From: Tubulanus polymorphus
Taxonomy: Eukaryota; Animalia; Nemertea
Length of the DNA: 64,000 nt
Reading direction: 5' to 3'
Assembly (NCBI RefSeq): GCF_964204645.1
Contig: NC_134035.1
Coordinates: forward strand, 4,774,001-4,838,000
The notes under the pieces were generated by a model. The model was not told the origin of the DNA. It did not search any database and saw only the letters and a list, made by a program, of their open reading frames with translations. Below are positions 53,910 through 64,000 of the stretch, piece by piece. Within the stretch, counting starts at the first letter, position 1. Every line of letters starts with the position of its first letter. A program made the translations under genes and the position numbers.

Positions 53910-56339
53910 ATGAACAAGAAAGGTGACAAGTACAAAAAACATGGCAATAAGGGAAACATCGCTGAAGGTAGGGTATTGCCTTAACTGGTTTAAAAAACGC
54001 TCAGGCTATTTTTACGACGCCGTAAACGGATGACACTAGCTATATTTACGACGTTTCATTCTGATTGGCTAATAACGTTGCGCATGCGCACTAGGGTGCG
54101 CGACTTAGAAAATTCAAGGCAAGTGTGGAGAATAGAGTTAGAGAAAATAGAGCGGATCGAGCAAGACTCGAACCCGGGCCAGTTAATTACTAGCGCAGCA
54201 TCATACCACCAGACCACCGAGCTCGCTGACAGTCGGTCAAATATTTTAACTAGATATAGCCTCACCTTACCCTAATCCTATCCCTAGGGGTAAAACGGAC
54301 CCTTACCCTAACCCTAACCCTCTGGACCCTCTTCTCACCCTCTTGACACTAATCCTCTCCTCTCTAGACCATAATCCTAAATTCAATATAAAACCGTCGT
54401 AAATATAGAATTCACGACCCGCTTTACGATGCCGTAAATATAGCCACTTTGTTAAAAAAAAGAGACTTTATCATCGCACTTCTTCATTTAAATCTAATTC
54501 TGTTTGCAGGTCAAGGGTTTGCCGGAAGAAACAAGAAAAAGATGGTTTATGAATACAGAAAGATGCAGTTGAAAGAACGGAAAAAGCAGAACTTAGAATC
54601 CACAAATTCGAGAAAAGAAAAATCACATCCGAAGAATAAAAAGTAAGTGTCAGGATTATGAGATTGTGCTGACTGTCAACTGGTCGAGATGCGTGGCAAA
54701 TTTTTGACCTGCCAATGTTGAACTTTGAACATTTTCAGACCAACTGGCAATAAAAGCACGAACATGCTCACGAAATCACAGATGAAATACACGAGTCGAA
54801 AGATGGAAAAAGAGAAGAAAAAAATGGTAATTTTTGATTTATTCGCGACTTGAGTGTTTTAATAGGGGTATAGCACTGAGTTACACTTGCCATATGATGA
54901 CATCCGTCCGAACCCCTGGGGGCAGTTGCACAGTAGTGGCTTAAGTCCAAAACTGGTCTTAAATCTTAAAACTGGTCTTAAGTTGTTAGATTGGCTATAG
55001 AACTAAGTTGGTGTTAGACTGGTCTTAAGTCTAAGCCATGTGGGGGGACATTTTCAGTAAAATTTCCGGTGAAATGAGCAGATGATTTCAAAAGAAGACC
55101 AGGGCCCGGTTTTATAGACTGGTATTATCTTTAACCCGGGGGCTAACTCAATTCATTATAAATGGAGTTAACCCCTGGGTTAAAGGTAATACCAGTCTAT
55201 CAAATTGGGCCCAGAGGGTTGGCTGCTGCAAAAGTGTTTTTGTTTGGCGTATGCGAAATAGAGGGCTTTGAAATTCTTATTTCGACTAGTCACCATTATG
55301 CCACAACATATTTTTATCAGGTTCATACAAGGGGCCAGTTGCTCAAAAGTTGGTTACAGCTTACCAGTGGATAGTTGACATGGTGACAATTAAAAGTCCA
55401 TTGTTATTACGGTCGGCCATCCATTAATCTTTAACCACCCTTTGAGCAACTGGCCCCAGGGACCTGAGGAAAAATCAGGGAATTTCTGATTTATTTGAAA
55501 AATCGAGTAAATTCTGACTCCTTGAAAATCAGAGAATTTTGGTGTCTTGTGTGTTCGCGCTGGTGGTGAGTGGTACATGGAACCGCTAGAGGAGAGACAG
55601 CCTCCATTGAATATATCTTATCATGTAATCAGGAAATTTTTGGGCAATGGTCGGGGAAATTGGATTGCCCGATTTGTGAGGACCCTGCATTATTTAAGTA
55701 GAGAATACTAACCTGTCATCTACGGAAGCGATAAAGGGCCTCGAATTGTCGCGTTCAAACTCGACAAGTCGCCATATTTATGTCGATATATCGCGATATA
55801 TCGTGTCAAGTCGACATGAATATGTCGACATATTTCGTTTTCACAACCATTTTCCTCGCGACAAGTCGACATATTCATGACGACTTGAAACTCAGTCGTC
55901 ATATCACTGGCATCTTCGTCTTACATTTCGACGTGTCTTCAACTGACGACTTGTCCCGTGGAAAATGGGCGAAAAAGCGAAATTTGTCGTGAAAACGTCA
56001 CGATATGTCGATTATTCATGTCGACTTGACGCGATACATCGACATAAATATGGCAACTTGTCGAGTTAGGACGTGACAACTCAAGGCCCTTTATCGCTTC
56101 CATTGTCATCCCCTTCGTTTTGAATCAGTTTCAATCAATTGAACGTGACAATGACTTTGTTCTCGTTTCAGGAATTGATTAAGAAGCAGAAGGCGTCGAG
56201 CGAAGCGTTGAAAAAATATCAGGACAAAAAGAAGGAAACGCACAAAAAACTTTGCAAAAAAACATTCAAAGGGCAGCCACTGATGTCGAAACAAATGGAC
56301 GTGTTGTTAGAAAGAATACAAAACTTGAAGAACACTTGA
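53910..56339 (+). CDS. CCDC59: TAP26/CCDC59-like lysine-rich protein (rRNA-processing domain family), 148 aa, 4 exons
   Basis: Exons 53910-53967, 54510-54642, 54739-54826 and 56172-56339 join in frame. N-terminal GNIAEGQGFA.RNKKKM..EYRK and C-terminal ALKKYQDKKKETHKKLCKKTFKGQPLMSKQMDVLLERIQ correspond to the TAP26 motifs (GSVREGQGFA; KKTKKGQP...QM..LL.KIQ). Confidence 0.85.
54004..54445. mobile_element. TIR element containing a tRNA-derived segment and CCCTAA repeats
   Basis: Ends GGCTATTTTTACGACGCCGTAAA and TTTACGATGCCGTAAATATAGCC, with subterminal CTATATTTACGACG repeats. CCCTAACCCTAACCCT lies at ~54306. Confidence 0.6.
54155..54224 (-). pseudogene. Degenerate tRNA-Pro-like sequence (SINE head or tRNA pseudogene)
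   Basis: The minus strand GAGCTCGGTGGTCTGGTGGTATGATGCTGCGCT...CCCGGGTTCGAGTCTTG resembles tRNA-Pro (GGCTCGTTGGTCTAGGGGTATGATTCTCGCT...CCCGGGTTCAAATCCCGG). A and B boxes are present but the anticodon stem is broken. Confidence 0.5.
55724..56100. mobile_element. Fold-back element with ~100-bp inverted arms
   Basis: GAAGCGATAAAGGGCC..AACTCGACAAGT.GCCATATTTATGTCGAT is mirrored by ATCGACATAAATATGGC.ACTTGTCGAGTT..GGCCCTTTATCGCTTC. Confidence 0.75.
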
Positions 56340-57619
56340 ATTTTCTACAGAGTTTACGTGTTTTTTATTGGATTTTGTTTTGGAAATGAACACCTGCAGC
56401 ATTCGACTCGGATATCGGGGTTGAATTAGGATCGACGAATCAACCCAAATTAAACTCCCCTGCCGACAACTGCATTAGTTGTTGTATAGTTGAGACGATC
56501 ATAATGTTGATTAATTATCCAATGTTGACTTACAGTTAGCGAATTGAATTCAAATACAAAGAGTGATGACTTATGTAATAACGCCAAGTTTTATCCTGGG
56601 CCCAGTGTCACAAAACCAGTTTAAGCTTAAAACGATTAAGTTTGAATTGTTGAACACGTTGAAAAATGAAAGTAACCAATAGCAATTACACCAAAAATTT
56701 AGGTTAAACTTTAACATGAAACTGTACCCTGATAACGACTTAGCTGAGTTTGACTCTAGAGAATAAACAAAGCCAAGTTGCATATTTGAACAATGTCCTG
56801 TCGCGCTCGAGTAACTGAAACCGTGACCGGGACGTGATTAGCCTATATGCATTCTGTACATGAGTCAGTTATGAATCGGCTGTCATACGAGACACACGTT
56901 AGTTTTGTATAGATTTTGGATATCGACTCTGCGAGAAAATACATTGGATTTTTAAAACTGAAATACATTATTTGGAACTCACAAATTCAGACTTTCAAAA
57001 ACCATTGTTCGTATCTGGACGCTGCAACGATCTCGTAGAGTTTCAAGATATCGACTTCGGAGCTGCAAGAACGTTCACAGGTTTTTGAAACGGGAATTCG
57101 CTACTCGATTTAGACAAATTGGAATTCTCGAGTTCACCGTTCGCATCTGGATAAACTGCAGCAATCAGTGTTGGAGCTGATGATATCGTAGGATGAAGTG
57201 TCGATTTCGTTGAAGATTGTGACGCTAAGAAATCTGGAATAAACTTGTGTAATATCAGGATATAATAAGCTCATTATCAGTGCATTGGAAAATCATCATT
57301 GGATTGATAAAATGTGACCGCTAATTGATTAAACCGTTGGTGAGACATTCTTATACTCTAAATAAGTTACATTTCTGTTTGTTCTTTGTTAATTTATTCA
57401 TGTATGATTATGCCATTGAACATGATTAAATTGATGTCTATATTTGATATTGTTTGTTATTATTTTATGACTCTTATCGTGAGAATTAATGGTCTATTGG
57501 TGACTCGGGGGCACCAATCATAGGTTCGTGGAGAGACTCCGATGGTAAGACGATGAAAAATAGGCTACACATTGCCCTGGCAGGATAGGAATGAAGCCTC
57601 GTCACCGTGGGAAAAACTC

Positions 57620-58830
57620 CTTTTACCCTGGCAAGCGAGTATCGGTCCGGTCCCGCATTTTATAGGTCCGACTCCGCATTATGGCTGCCTTAATTTCCTA
57701 GGGGAGTAGCCTTTTTGGCTCCTTTTTACCCTGGCAAGCGAGTATCGGTCCGGTCCCGCATTTTATAGGTCCCGTTCCGTATTTAGGCTGCCTGCCTTTC
57801 CTAGGGCGAAATTGACCCTTTTGACTCCTTTATGCCCTGGCATGCGAGTATAGGTCCGGTCCCGCATTAAGGCTGCCTTTCCTAGGGGGAAATTGGCCTT
57901 TTTGGCTCCTTTTTGCACTGGCAAGCGAGTATAGGTCCGGTCCCGCATTTAGGCTGCCTTTCCTAGGGGGAAATTGGCCTTTTTGGCTCCTTTTTGCCCT
58001 GGCAAGCGAGTATAGGTCGAGTCCCGCATTTAGGCTGCCTTTCCTAGGGGGAAATTGGCTTTTTTGGCTCCTTTTTGCCCTGGCAAGCGAGTATAGGTCC
58101 GGTCCCGCATTTAGGCTGCCTTTCCTAGGGGGAAATTGGCCTTTTTGGCTCCTTTTTGCCCTGGCAAGCGAGTATAGGTCCGGTCCCGCATATAGGCTGC
58201 CTTTCCTAGGGGGAAATTGGCCTTTTTGGCTCCTTTTTGCCCTGGCAAGCGAGTAAAGGTCCCGTCCCGCATATAGGCTGCCTTTCCTAGGGGGAAATTG
58301 GCCTTTTTGGCTCCTTTTTGCCCTGGCAAGCGAGTATAGGTCCGGTCCCGCATTTAGGCTGCCTTTCCTAGGGGGAAATTGGCCTTTTTTGCTCCTTTTT
58401 GCCCTGGCAAGCGAGTATAGGTCCGGTCCCGCATATAGGCTGCCTTTCCTAGGGGGAAATTGGCCTTTTTGGCTCCTTTTTGCCCTGGCAAGCGAGTATA
58501 GGTCCGGTCCCGCTTATAGGCTGCCTTTCCTAGGGGGAAATTGGCCTTTTTGCCCTGGCAAGCGAGTATAGGTCCGGTCCCGCATATAGGCTGCCTTTCC
58601 TAGGGGGAAATTGGCCTTTTTGGCTCCTTTTTGCACTGGCAAGCGAGTATAGGTCCGGTCCCGCATTTAGGCTGCCTTTCCTAGGGGGAAATTGGCCTTT
58701 TTGGCTCCCTTATGCCCTGGCAAGCGAGTATAGGTCCGGTAACGCATTTAGGCTGCCTTTCCTAGGGGGGAAATTGGCCTTTTTGCCCTGGCAAGCGAGT
58801 ATAGGTCCGTTCTTGCGTCTAGGCTGTTGT
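57620..58830. repeat. 81-bp GC-rich tandem repeat (satellite-like, ~14 units)
   Basis: Unit CCCTGGCAAGCGAGTATAGGTCCGGTCCCGCATTTAGGCTGCCTTTCCTAGGGGGAAATTGGCCTTTTTGGCTCCTTTTTG. The centre is homogeneous and the edges are degenerate. Confidence 0.95.
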
Positions 58831-59848
58831 CCGTGCCCACCCTGGAGAAGGGGTGGCTCCTGCTCGATTTTGCACTGGCAAGTGAAGATTAATCCTGCGA
58901 TAAGGGGAATGGGTCAAACGAGTAATTCTCACAAGAAATGAATAGAACAATAACGACAACGAAATACTAATTCAAAATATTGATTATGATATATTTATGT
59001 TTATTCTTAAATGGTCAATCATAAATGAATGAATAAAGGAAGAACAAACAGAGGAATCAGACTCACCTCTCAGTTTCAATATCATAGAATAAATCAATCT
59101 TTAGAAAATATACAATATCTCATTAACGTTCTTTATGATTATCGATTGCACTTGATAATTATTCCAATCACTGAGTATCAGCTTATTATATCCCGATATT
59201 ACACAAGTTCAAATCATATCATCCATTCATACACTGATTGCTGCAGTTTTATCCAGATGTGATCGATGGGATTTTGACTTTCGACTTAATACCAGGTGAC
59301 TAGTGTTTTTCTGAATACAGGAATCATTTTACAAACAACAAACAAGAATCAACCGCGCTTTGAAAATAAATTATCAATCTCGCTCGTAATTTAACGTAAG
59401 TCATTTTTTCATCTCAAAACGATCGCGTTTGATTATTATTCCGATGAACACGCGCATTGTCCGATACACCATCTGATTATTATGTTCCGATATTGCACAA
59501 GTTTATTCCTTACAGATTTCTAAGCGTCACCATCTTCACCGAAATCGAGCATTCATTCGCCGATTATTCTACGATAAGAGTTCGGACTGATCGTTGCAGT
59601 TTATCCAGCTGTGAACGATAAGTTGATAGTTCAAATGAACGCGTATTCCAATAAAGAATTCCATATTCTTTAGTTGCAGCTCCTTTGAGCAAATATTACG
59701 GAATCTCTACAAATAAACCGTAAGCCTATGTGAGCCGTGAGACATTACAACTGATTCATGTATACAATATATCTGGTCACGTCCACGGTCACGGTCACGG
59801 TTAATCTAACCGTACGCGACGCTAAGATCAAATCATGCGAGTTGTATA

Positions 59849-61807
59849 AGTAAATGGGATAATAGGGGTTCATACCAAAGGTCGAACGGTGAGTGAGTAA
59901 AAAATTAAAATAAATCCCCGCACGCTCGAATTTATTTTAATTTTTTACTCACTCGACCATTCAACCTTTGATATGAACCCCTATTATCCCATTTACTCTT
60001 AAAATATTCATGTTTTAAAAGTGAGAGTAAAATGTTAACAGAATAATCTAGAAAATAAGATCAAATATAGATTTCGAGTGATAAAATATAAATTTTAACA
60101 TAAAAAGTAACGAGTATTAACGAGTGAAATAATTCATATTTAAAACATTGAATATTCATGTTTACATGCGTTAAATTCTTGATTTTTAACATAAAAAGTG
60201 TGAGTAAAGTGTGAGTGAAATAATTCATATTTAAAACATTGAATATTCATATGAGTAAGAATTATTTTAATAACATTTTGTTTATAAAAATGAAGAAAGA
60301 AGAAGAAGAACCGAAATTCAAAATCGAAATGAAGCCAATGTAATAAATCTAATGCCTTACTTTCACTCATTTTTATAGTTAAAATATATAAAATAAATCA
60401 AATTAAAAGATGCTGTTTTAATCCTCCAAATCATTTAAATCATTAACTTTTTTATTGTTATTTTTTCTGTGATTGTTTCCATTTAACTTCTTTAACTTTT
60501 TACCTAATTTCATATTTTCATTCATCAAATCTTTACTGATATTTTCATAGAAAAAGAAAAGTGCAGCCAATATTAACCCTCCTGCTATAAGATAAAAAGC
60601 TTCAAATCATTTTTCCCAATTGGAATGCTGAAATCTTCCATTTATTTAAGAGAAAAATTAAAATTAATTTGAAATATATTATTTTGAATATTTAGAGTTG
60701 AATTATTATTTTTGAGTTATGATATTTTGATTTAAGATGGTGTGATTTATCGCTTCGAGTATAATATTTTCCACAATTACATAACACTTTTTCATTAGGT
60801 TCATATTTAGGCGCAACAATTTCATTATCTAAGTTACATTGAACTGCAACATCTTTATATGATTTTTCATTATCTAAATCACATTGAATTCCAATATTTG
60901 ATGAATTTTCATTATAGATAATTTGTTTATTATCAAAATTAAAATAATATAATTGTCTTTTTTCAATTCTTAAGTTAATCAAATCATTATAATCTTTTGA
61001 AAGTATTAAATCACTTTTTCTTTCATTGAAAGGAATTTTGAGAATATTTATTATGTTTTCATCTAAAGTTCCTTTATAATTAAAAACTGTATTGAATATT
61101 TTAGGATTTTTAGCGCCATTATCAAAAGTATCAATTAGATCAGTAATTAAATATGTTTCATTTGATAATATTTGATTAATTACAGTAATATTTTCAATTT
61201 TATAATGTCTTGCGGACACTAGATTTGTTGCTGAAATATAATTTCTAATGTTAAACTGTGAAAATAATTTATTGGCTTCATTGATTTCGATTGTGAATTT
61301 CGGTTCTTCTTCTTTCTTCATTTTTATAAAAAAATTTTTATTAAAATAATTCTTACTCATATAAATATTCAATGTTTTAAATATGAATTATTTCACTCAC
61401 ACTTTACTCACACTTTTTATGTTAAAAATCAAGAATTTAACGCATGTAAATATGAATATTCAATGTTTTAAATATGAATTATTTCACTCACACTTTACTC
61501 ACACTTTTTATGTTAAAAATCAAGAATTTAACGCATGTAAATATGAATATTCAATGTTTTAAATATGAATTATTTCACTCGTTAATACTCGTTAATTTTT
61601 ATGTTAAAATTTATATTTTATCACCCGAAATCTATATTTGATCTTATTTTCTAGATTATTCTGTTAACATTTTACTCTCACTTTTAAAGCATGAATATTT
61701 TAGGAGTAAAAGAAATCAAAATAAATTCGAGCGTGCGGGGATTTATTTTAATTTTTTACTCACTCGACCGTTCGACCTTTGGTATGAACCCTATTATCCC
61801 ATTCACT
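59849..61807. mobile_element. Non-autonomous Polinton/Maverick-like element with long terminal inverted repeats
   Basis: Ends are AGTAAATGGGATAATAGGG and CCCTATTATCCCATTCACT. GTATA is duplicated at 59844-59848 and 61808-61812. The inverted repeats run ~59849-60340 versus ~61270-61807. The interior is extremely AT-rich and carries one intronless ORF. No integrase or pPolB is visible, so the superfamily is inferred. Confidence 0.7.
60692..61372 (-). CDS. Hypothetical protein with a C-terminal CxC..H..H zinc-finger-like motif, cargo of the TIR element
   Basis: 226-aa intronless, N/I/K-rich ORF. It has an internal duplication (IQCDLDNE/VQCNLDNE) and ends KVLCNCGKYYTRSDKSHHLKSKYH. Its 5' end lies inside the right TIR, so the true start may be the MSKN or MKKEE Met. 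Confidence 0.6.
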   Translation of the reverse strand: MNIYMSKNYFNKNFFIKMKKEEEPKFTIEINEANKLFSQFNIRNYISATNLVSARHYKIENITVINQILSNETYLITDLIDTFDNGAKNPKIFNTVFNYKGTLDENIINILKIPFNERKSDLILSKDYNDLINLRIEKRQLYYFNFDNKQIIYNENSSNIGIQCDLDNEKSYKDVAVQCNLDNEIVAPKYEPNEKVLCNCGKYYTRSDKSHHLKSKYHNSKIIIQL

Positions 61808-62639
61808 GTATACTTCTGAACTGAAAAATATCGTACAATTTGTAGACACATAAAATCAAACAAATCTGCGTAAATTTAATAACAATACAACAATACAATA
61901 CACGGGTTGGATTCATGCAGTTGATGATAACGATCAATTCTAAAAACTTAAAACTCAATTACTGTTATCCATTTCGAACTCTACCTGATTTTTTCAGCAT
62001 TTGTTCACTTTTATCAAAGTCATCTACTGCTAGCGTTCCCCATGAATTGTTTAGCACATTTAAATGACAGCGAGCTGATGAGCCGCTACGTTTGTTTATA
62101 TAGTCTTCAGTCAGAATTGTGCAATTATTTTTCTAATTTTGTGTGTTGTTCTCGGGGTCAAAGGTCTATGTCTCGTAATAAAGAAGTTTCCAGTTTCTAG
62201 GCGCCAGTTTATGGCGGTCCCTCGAGGTCCCCATTGTTGCGATAATTTGCGCTCATTTTTAAAACATAAGTTTAGATTGAATATCATATAGTTCTGCAGT
62301 CCCTTGCTCGATGAAATCAATTTATACACCATTTTAAAGGAAATGAAATGCAGATATTTGCTGGCGATTCTTGGAATTTTTGAACGCAACAATTGAGAAC
62401 AGTGACAATGTGAAACCAAGGACCGCATATCTTAACTGTGCGTAAAAGAAACCGCAATATCTATTAATTTAGAAATATCTAAGTATTTCTTGAAGCTATA
62501 TTTCCTATTTTCACAGAGGTTAAGGAGGGTTATTTGCAGTTTAAGCCTGCGTTAAAATCTTTTGAATATCTTTCCTGACGACTGATCTGTACCCGCTTGA
62601 GTTTGAGATTACGCGCAAAAGGGGTCTCTTTAATTTAAT

Positions 62640-64000
62640 ACAAAATCTTCAGAATGATATGAAGCCTCATGAATCTGGATCTTTCAACCCATCTCTTGAA
62701 AATGAGTTCAGTACACCCCACCCATAAATAACAATTCAATACCGCATCTTCAGGACGATATGCAGCCACAAAATTCTGGATCTTTCTACTGAACTATTGA
62801 AACTTAGTTTAGTACACCCTACACATATAGGACAATTGAAATCAGCATCTTCAGGAAGATATTAAGTCCCAAAATTCGGGATCTTTCGACCAATCTATTG
62901 AAAATTAGTTCAGTACATCCTACCCATATATGACAATTCAATACTGCATCTTCAGGACGATATGAAGCCCAAAATTCTGGATGTTTCGACCAATCTATTG
63001 TTTTCAGTTCATTACACCCTTCCCATAAAGGACAATTGAATTAAGCATCTTCAGGACGATATGAAGTCACAAAATTCTGGATCTTTCAACCAATCTACTG
63101 GAAATCAGTTCAGTAATCAAATACATCATTTTCAGGACCATATGTATAGCGAGAAAATCCAGATCTTTTGACCCATCTTTTGAAAATGAGCTCAGTACAC
63201 CATACCCATATATGACAATTCAAAAAAGCATCTTCAGGACGATATGAAGCCACAAATTCTGGATCATTCGACCAATCTATTGAAAATTAGTTCAGAACAC
63301 GCTACACATATAGGACAATTTAATACAGCATCTTCAGGACGATATGAAGCCACAAAATTCTGGATCTTTCAACCAATTTATTGGAAATCAGTTCAGTAAT
63401 CACATACCCGATCTATTGCAATTGAATACAACATCTTCTAGACCCCTTGTAGCCACAAAATTCTGGATCATCCAACCGTTCTCTTGATAATCAGTTCAGT
63501 ACAACCCATAGCATCTATAAAGATTAAATACATCATTTTCAGGACCATATGTAGTGAGAAAATCCAGATCTTTCGACCCATCCAATGGAATTTAGTTCAG
63601 TACACCCTACCCATATGTGGGTAATTCAATACAGCATCTTCAGGACGATATGAAACCACAAATTCTGGATCTTTCGACCAGTCTTTTGAAAATCAGTTCA
63701 GAACACGCTACACATATAGGAGAATTTAATACAACATCTTGAGGACGACATGAAGCCACAAATTCTGGATATTTCTTCCAATCTATTGAAACTTAGTTCA
63801 GTACACCCTACCCATATATGACAATTTAATACAACATCTACAGGACGATATGAAGCCCAAAATTCTGGATGTTTCTACCAATCTAATGAAAATCAGTTCA
63901 GTACACCCTACCCATATAGGAAAATTTAAAACAGCATCTTGAGGACAATATGAAGCCCCAAAATTCTGGATGTTTCGACCAATCTAATGAAAATAAGTTC
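62640..64000. repeat. ~117-bp diverged satellite array running off the window end
   Basis: Recurring GCATCTTCAGGACGATATGAAGCC.CAAAATTCTGGATCTTTC.ACCAATCTATTGAAA.TTAGTTCAGTACACCCTACCCATAT. Confidence 0.92.

Noticed and set aside
54151-54227. Functional tRNA gene
   Set aside because: The anticodon and acceptor stems do not pair properly, and it is embedded in a repeat.
57763-58571. ORFs with a 27-aa repeat (MRDRTYTRLPGQKGAKKANF...)
   Set aside because: They are a by-product of the 81-bp unit length. Stops and unit deletions interrupt the frame.
60419-60641. Second small ORF (hydrophobic then basic) inside the TIR element
   Set aside because: It needs two frameshifts to reconstruct. At best it is a decayed cargo gene.
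61985-62102. Minus-strand TATA box, ATG and splice donor as a first exon for the duplicated cassette
   Set aside because: The first ATG gives only MGNASSR*, and no frame joins productively to the cassette at ~59705.

Overview
Eukaryotic genomic DNA from an animal, probably an invertebrate (species cannot be determined here). It is AT-rich with GT-AG introns and CpG-rich exons. Six protein-coding genes can be spliced by hand: BORA (+, 9 coding exons), a 112-aa PDZ-only Zasp/PDLIM-like gene (+, 3 exons), SPRYD3 (+, 9 coding exons), an intronless rhodopsin-class GPCR nested antisense in a SPRYD3 intron, SCYL2 (-, 15 coding exons) and CCDC59/TAP26 (+, 4 coding exons, head-to-head with SCYL2). Introns and intergenic DNA are dense in MITEs (CWG-, TTAA-, TA-, TNA- and 7-8 bp-TSD types), Penelope-like remnants with minimal hammerhead ribozyme motifs, and minisatellites. 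The last 7 kb is accessory DNA: an inverted segmental duplication around an 81-bp satellite, a ~1.96-kb AT-rich element with AGT...ACT ends, long TIRs, a 5-bp TSD, a terminal hairpin and a Zn-finger ORF (non-autonomous Polinton/Maverick-like), and a ~117-bp satellite. There are no prokaryotic systems (no CRISPR, no operons). Gene identities come from recalled motifs, not database searches.
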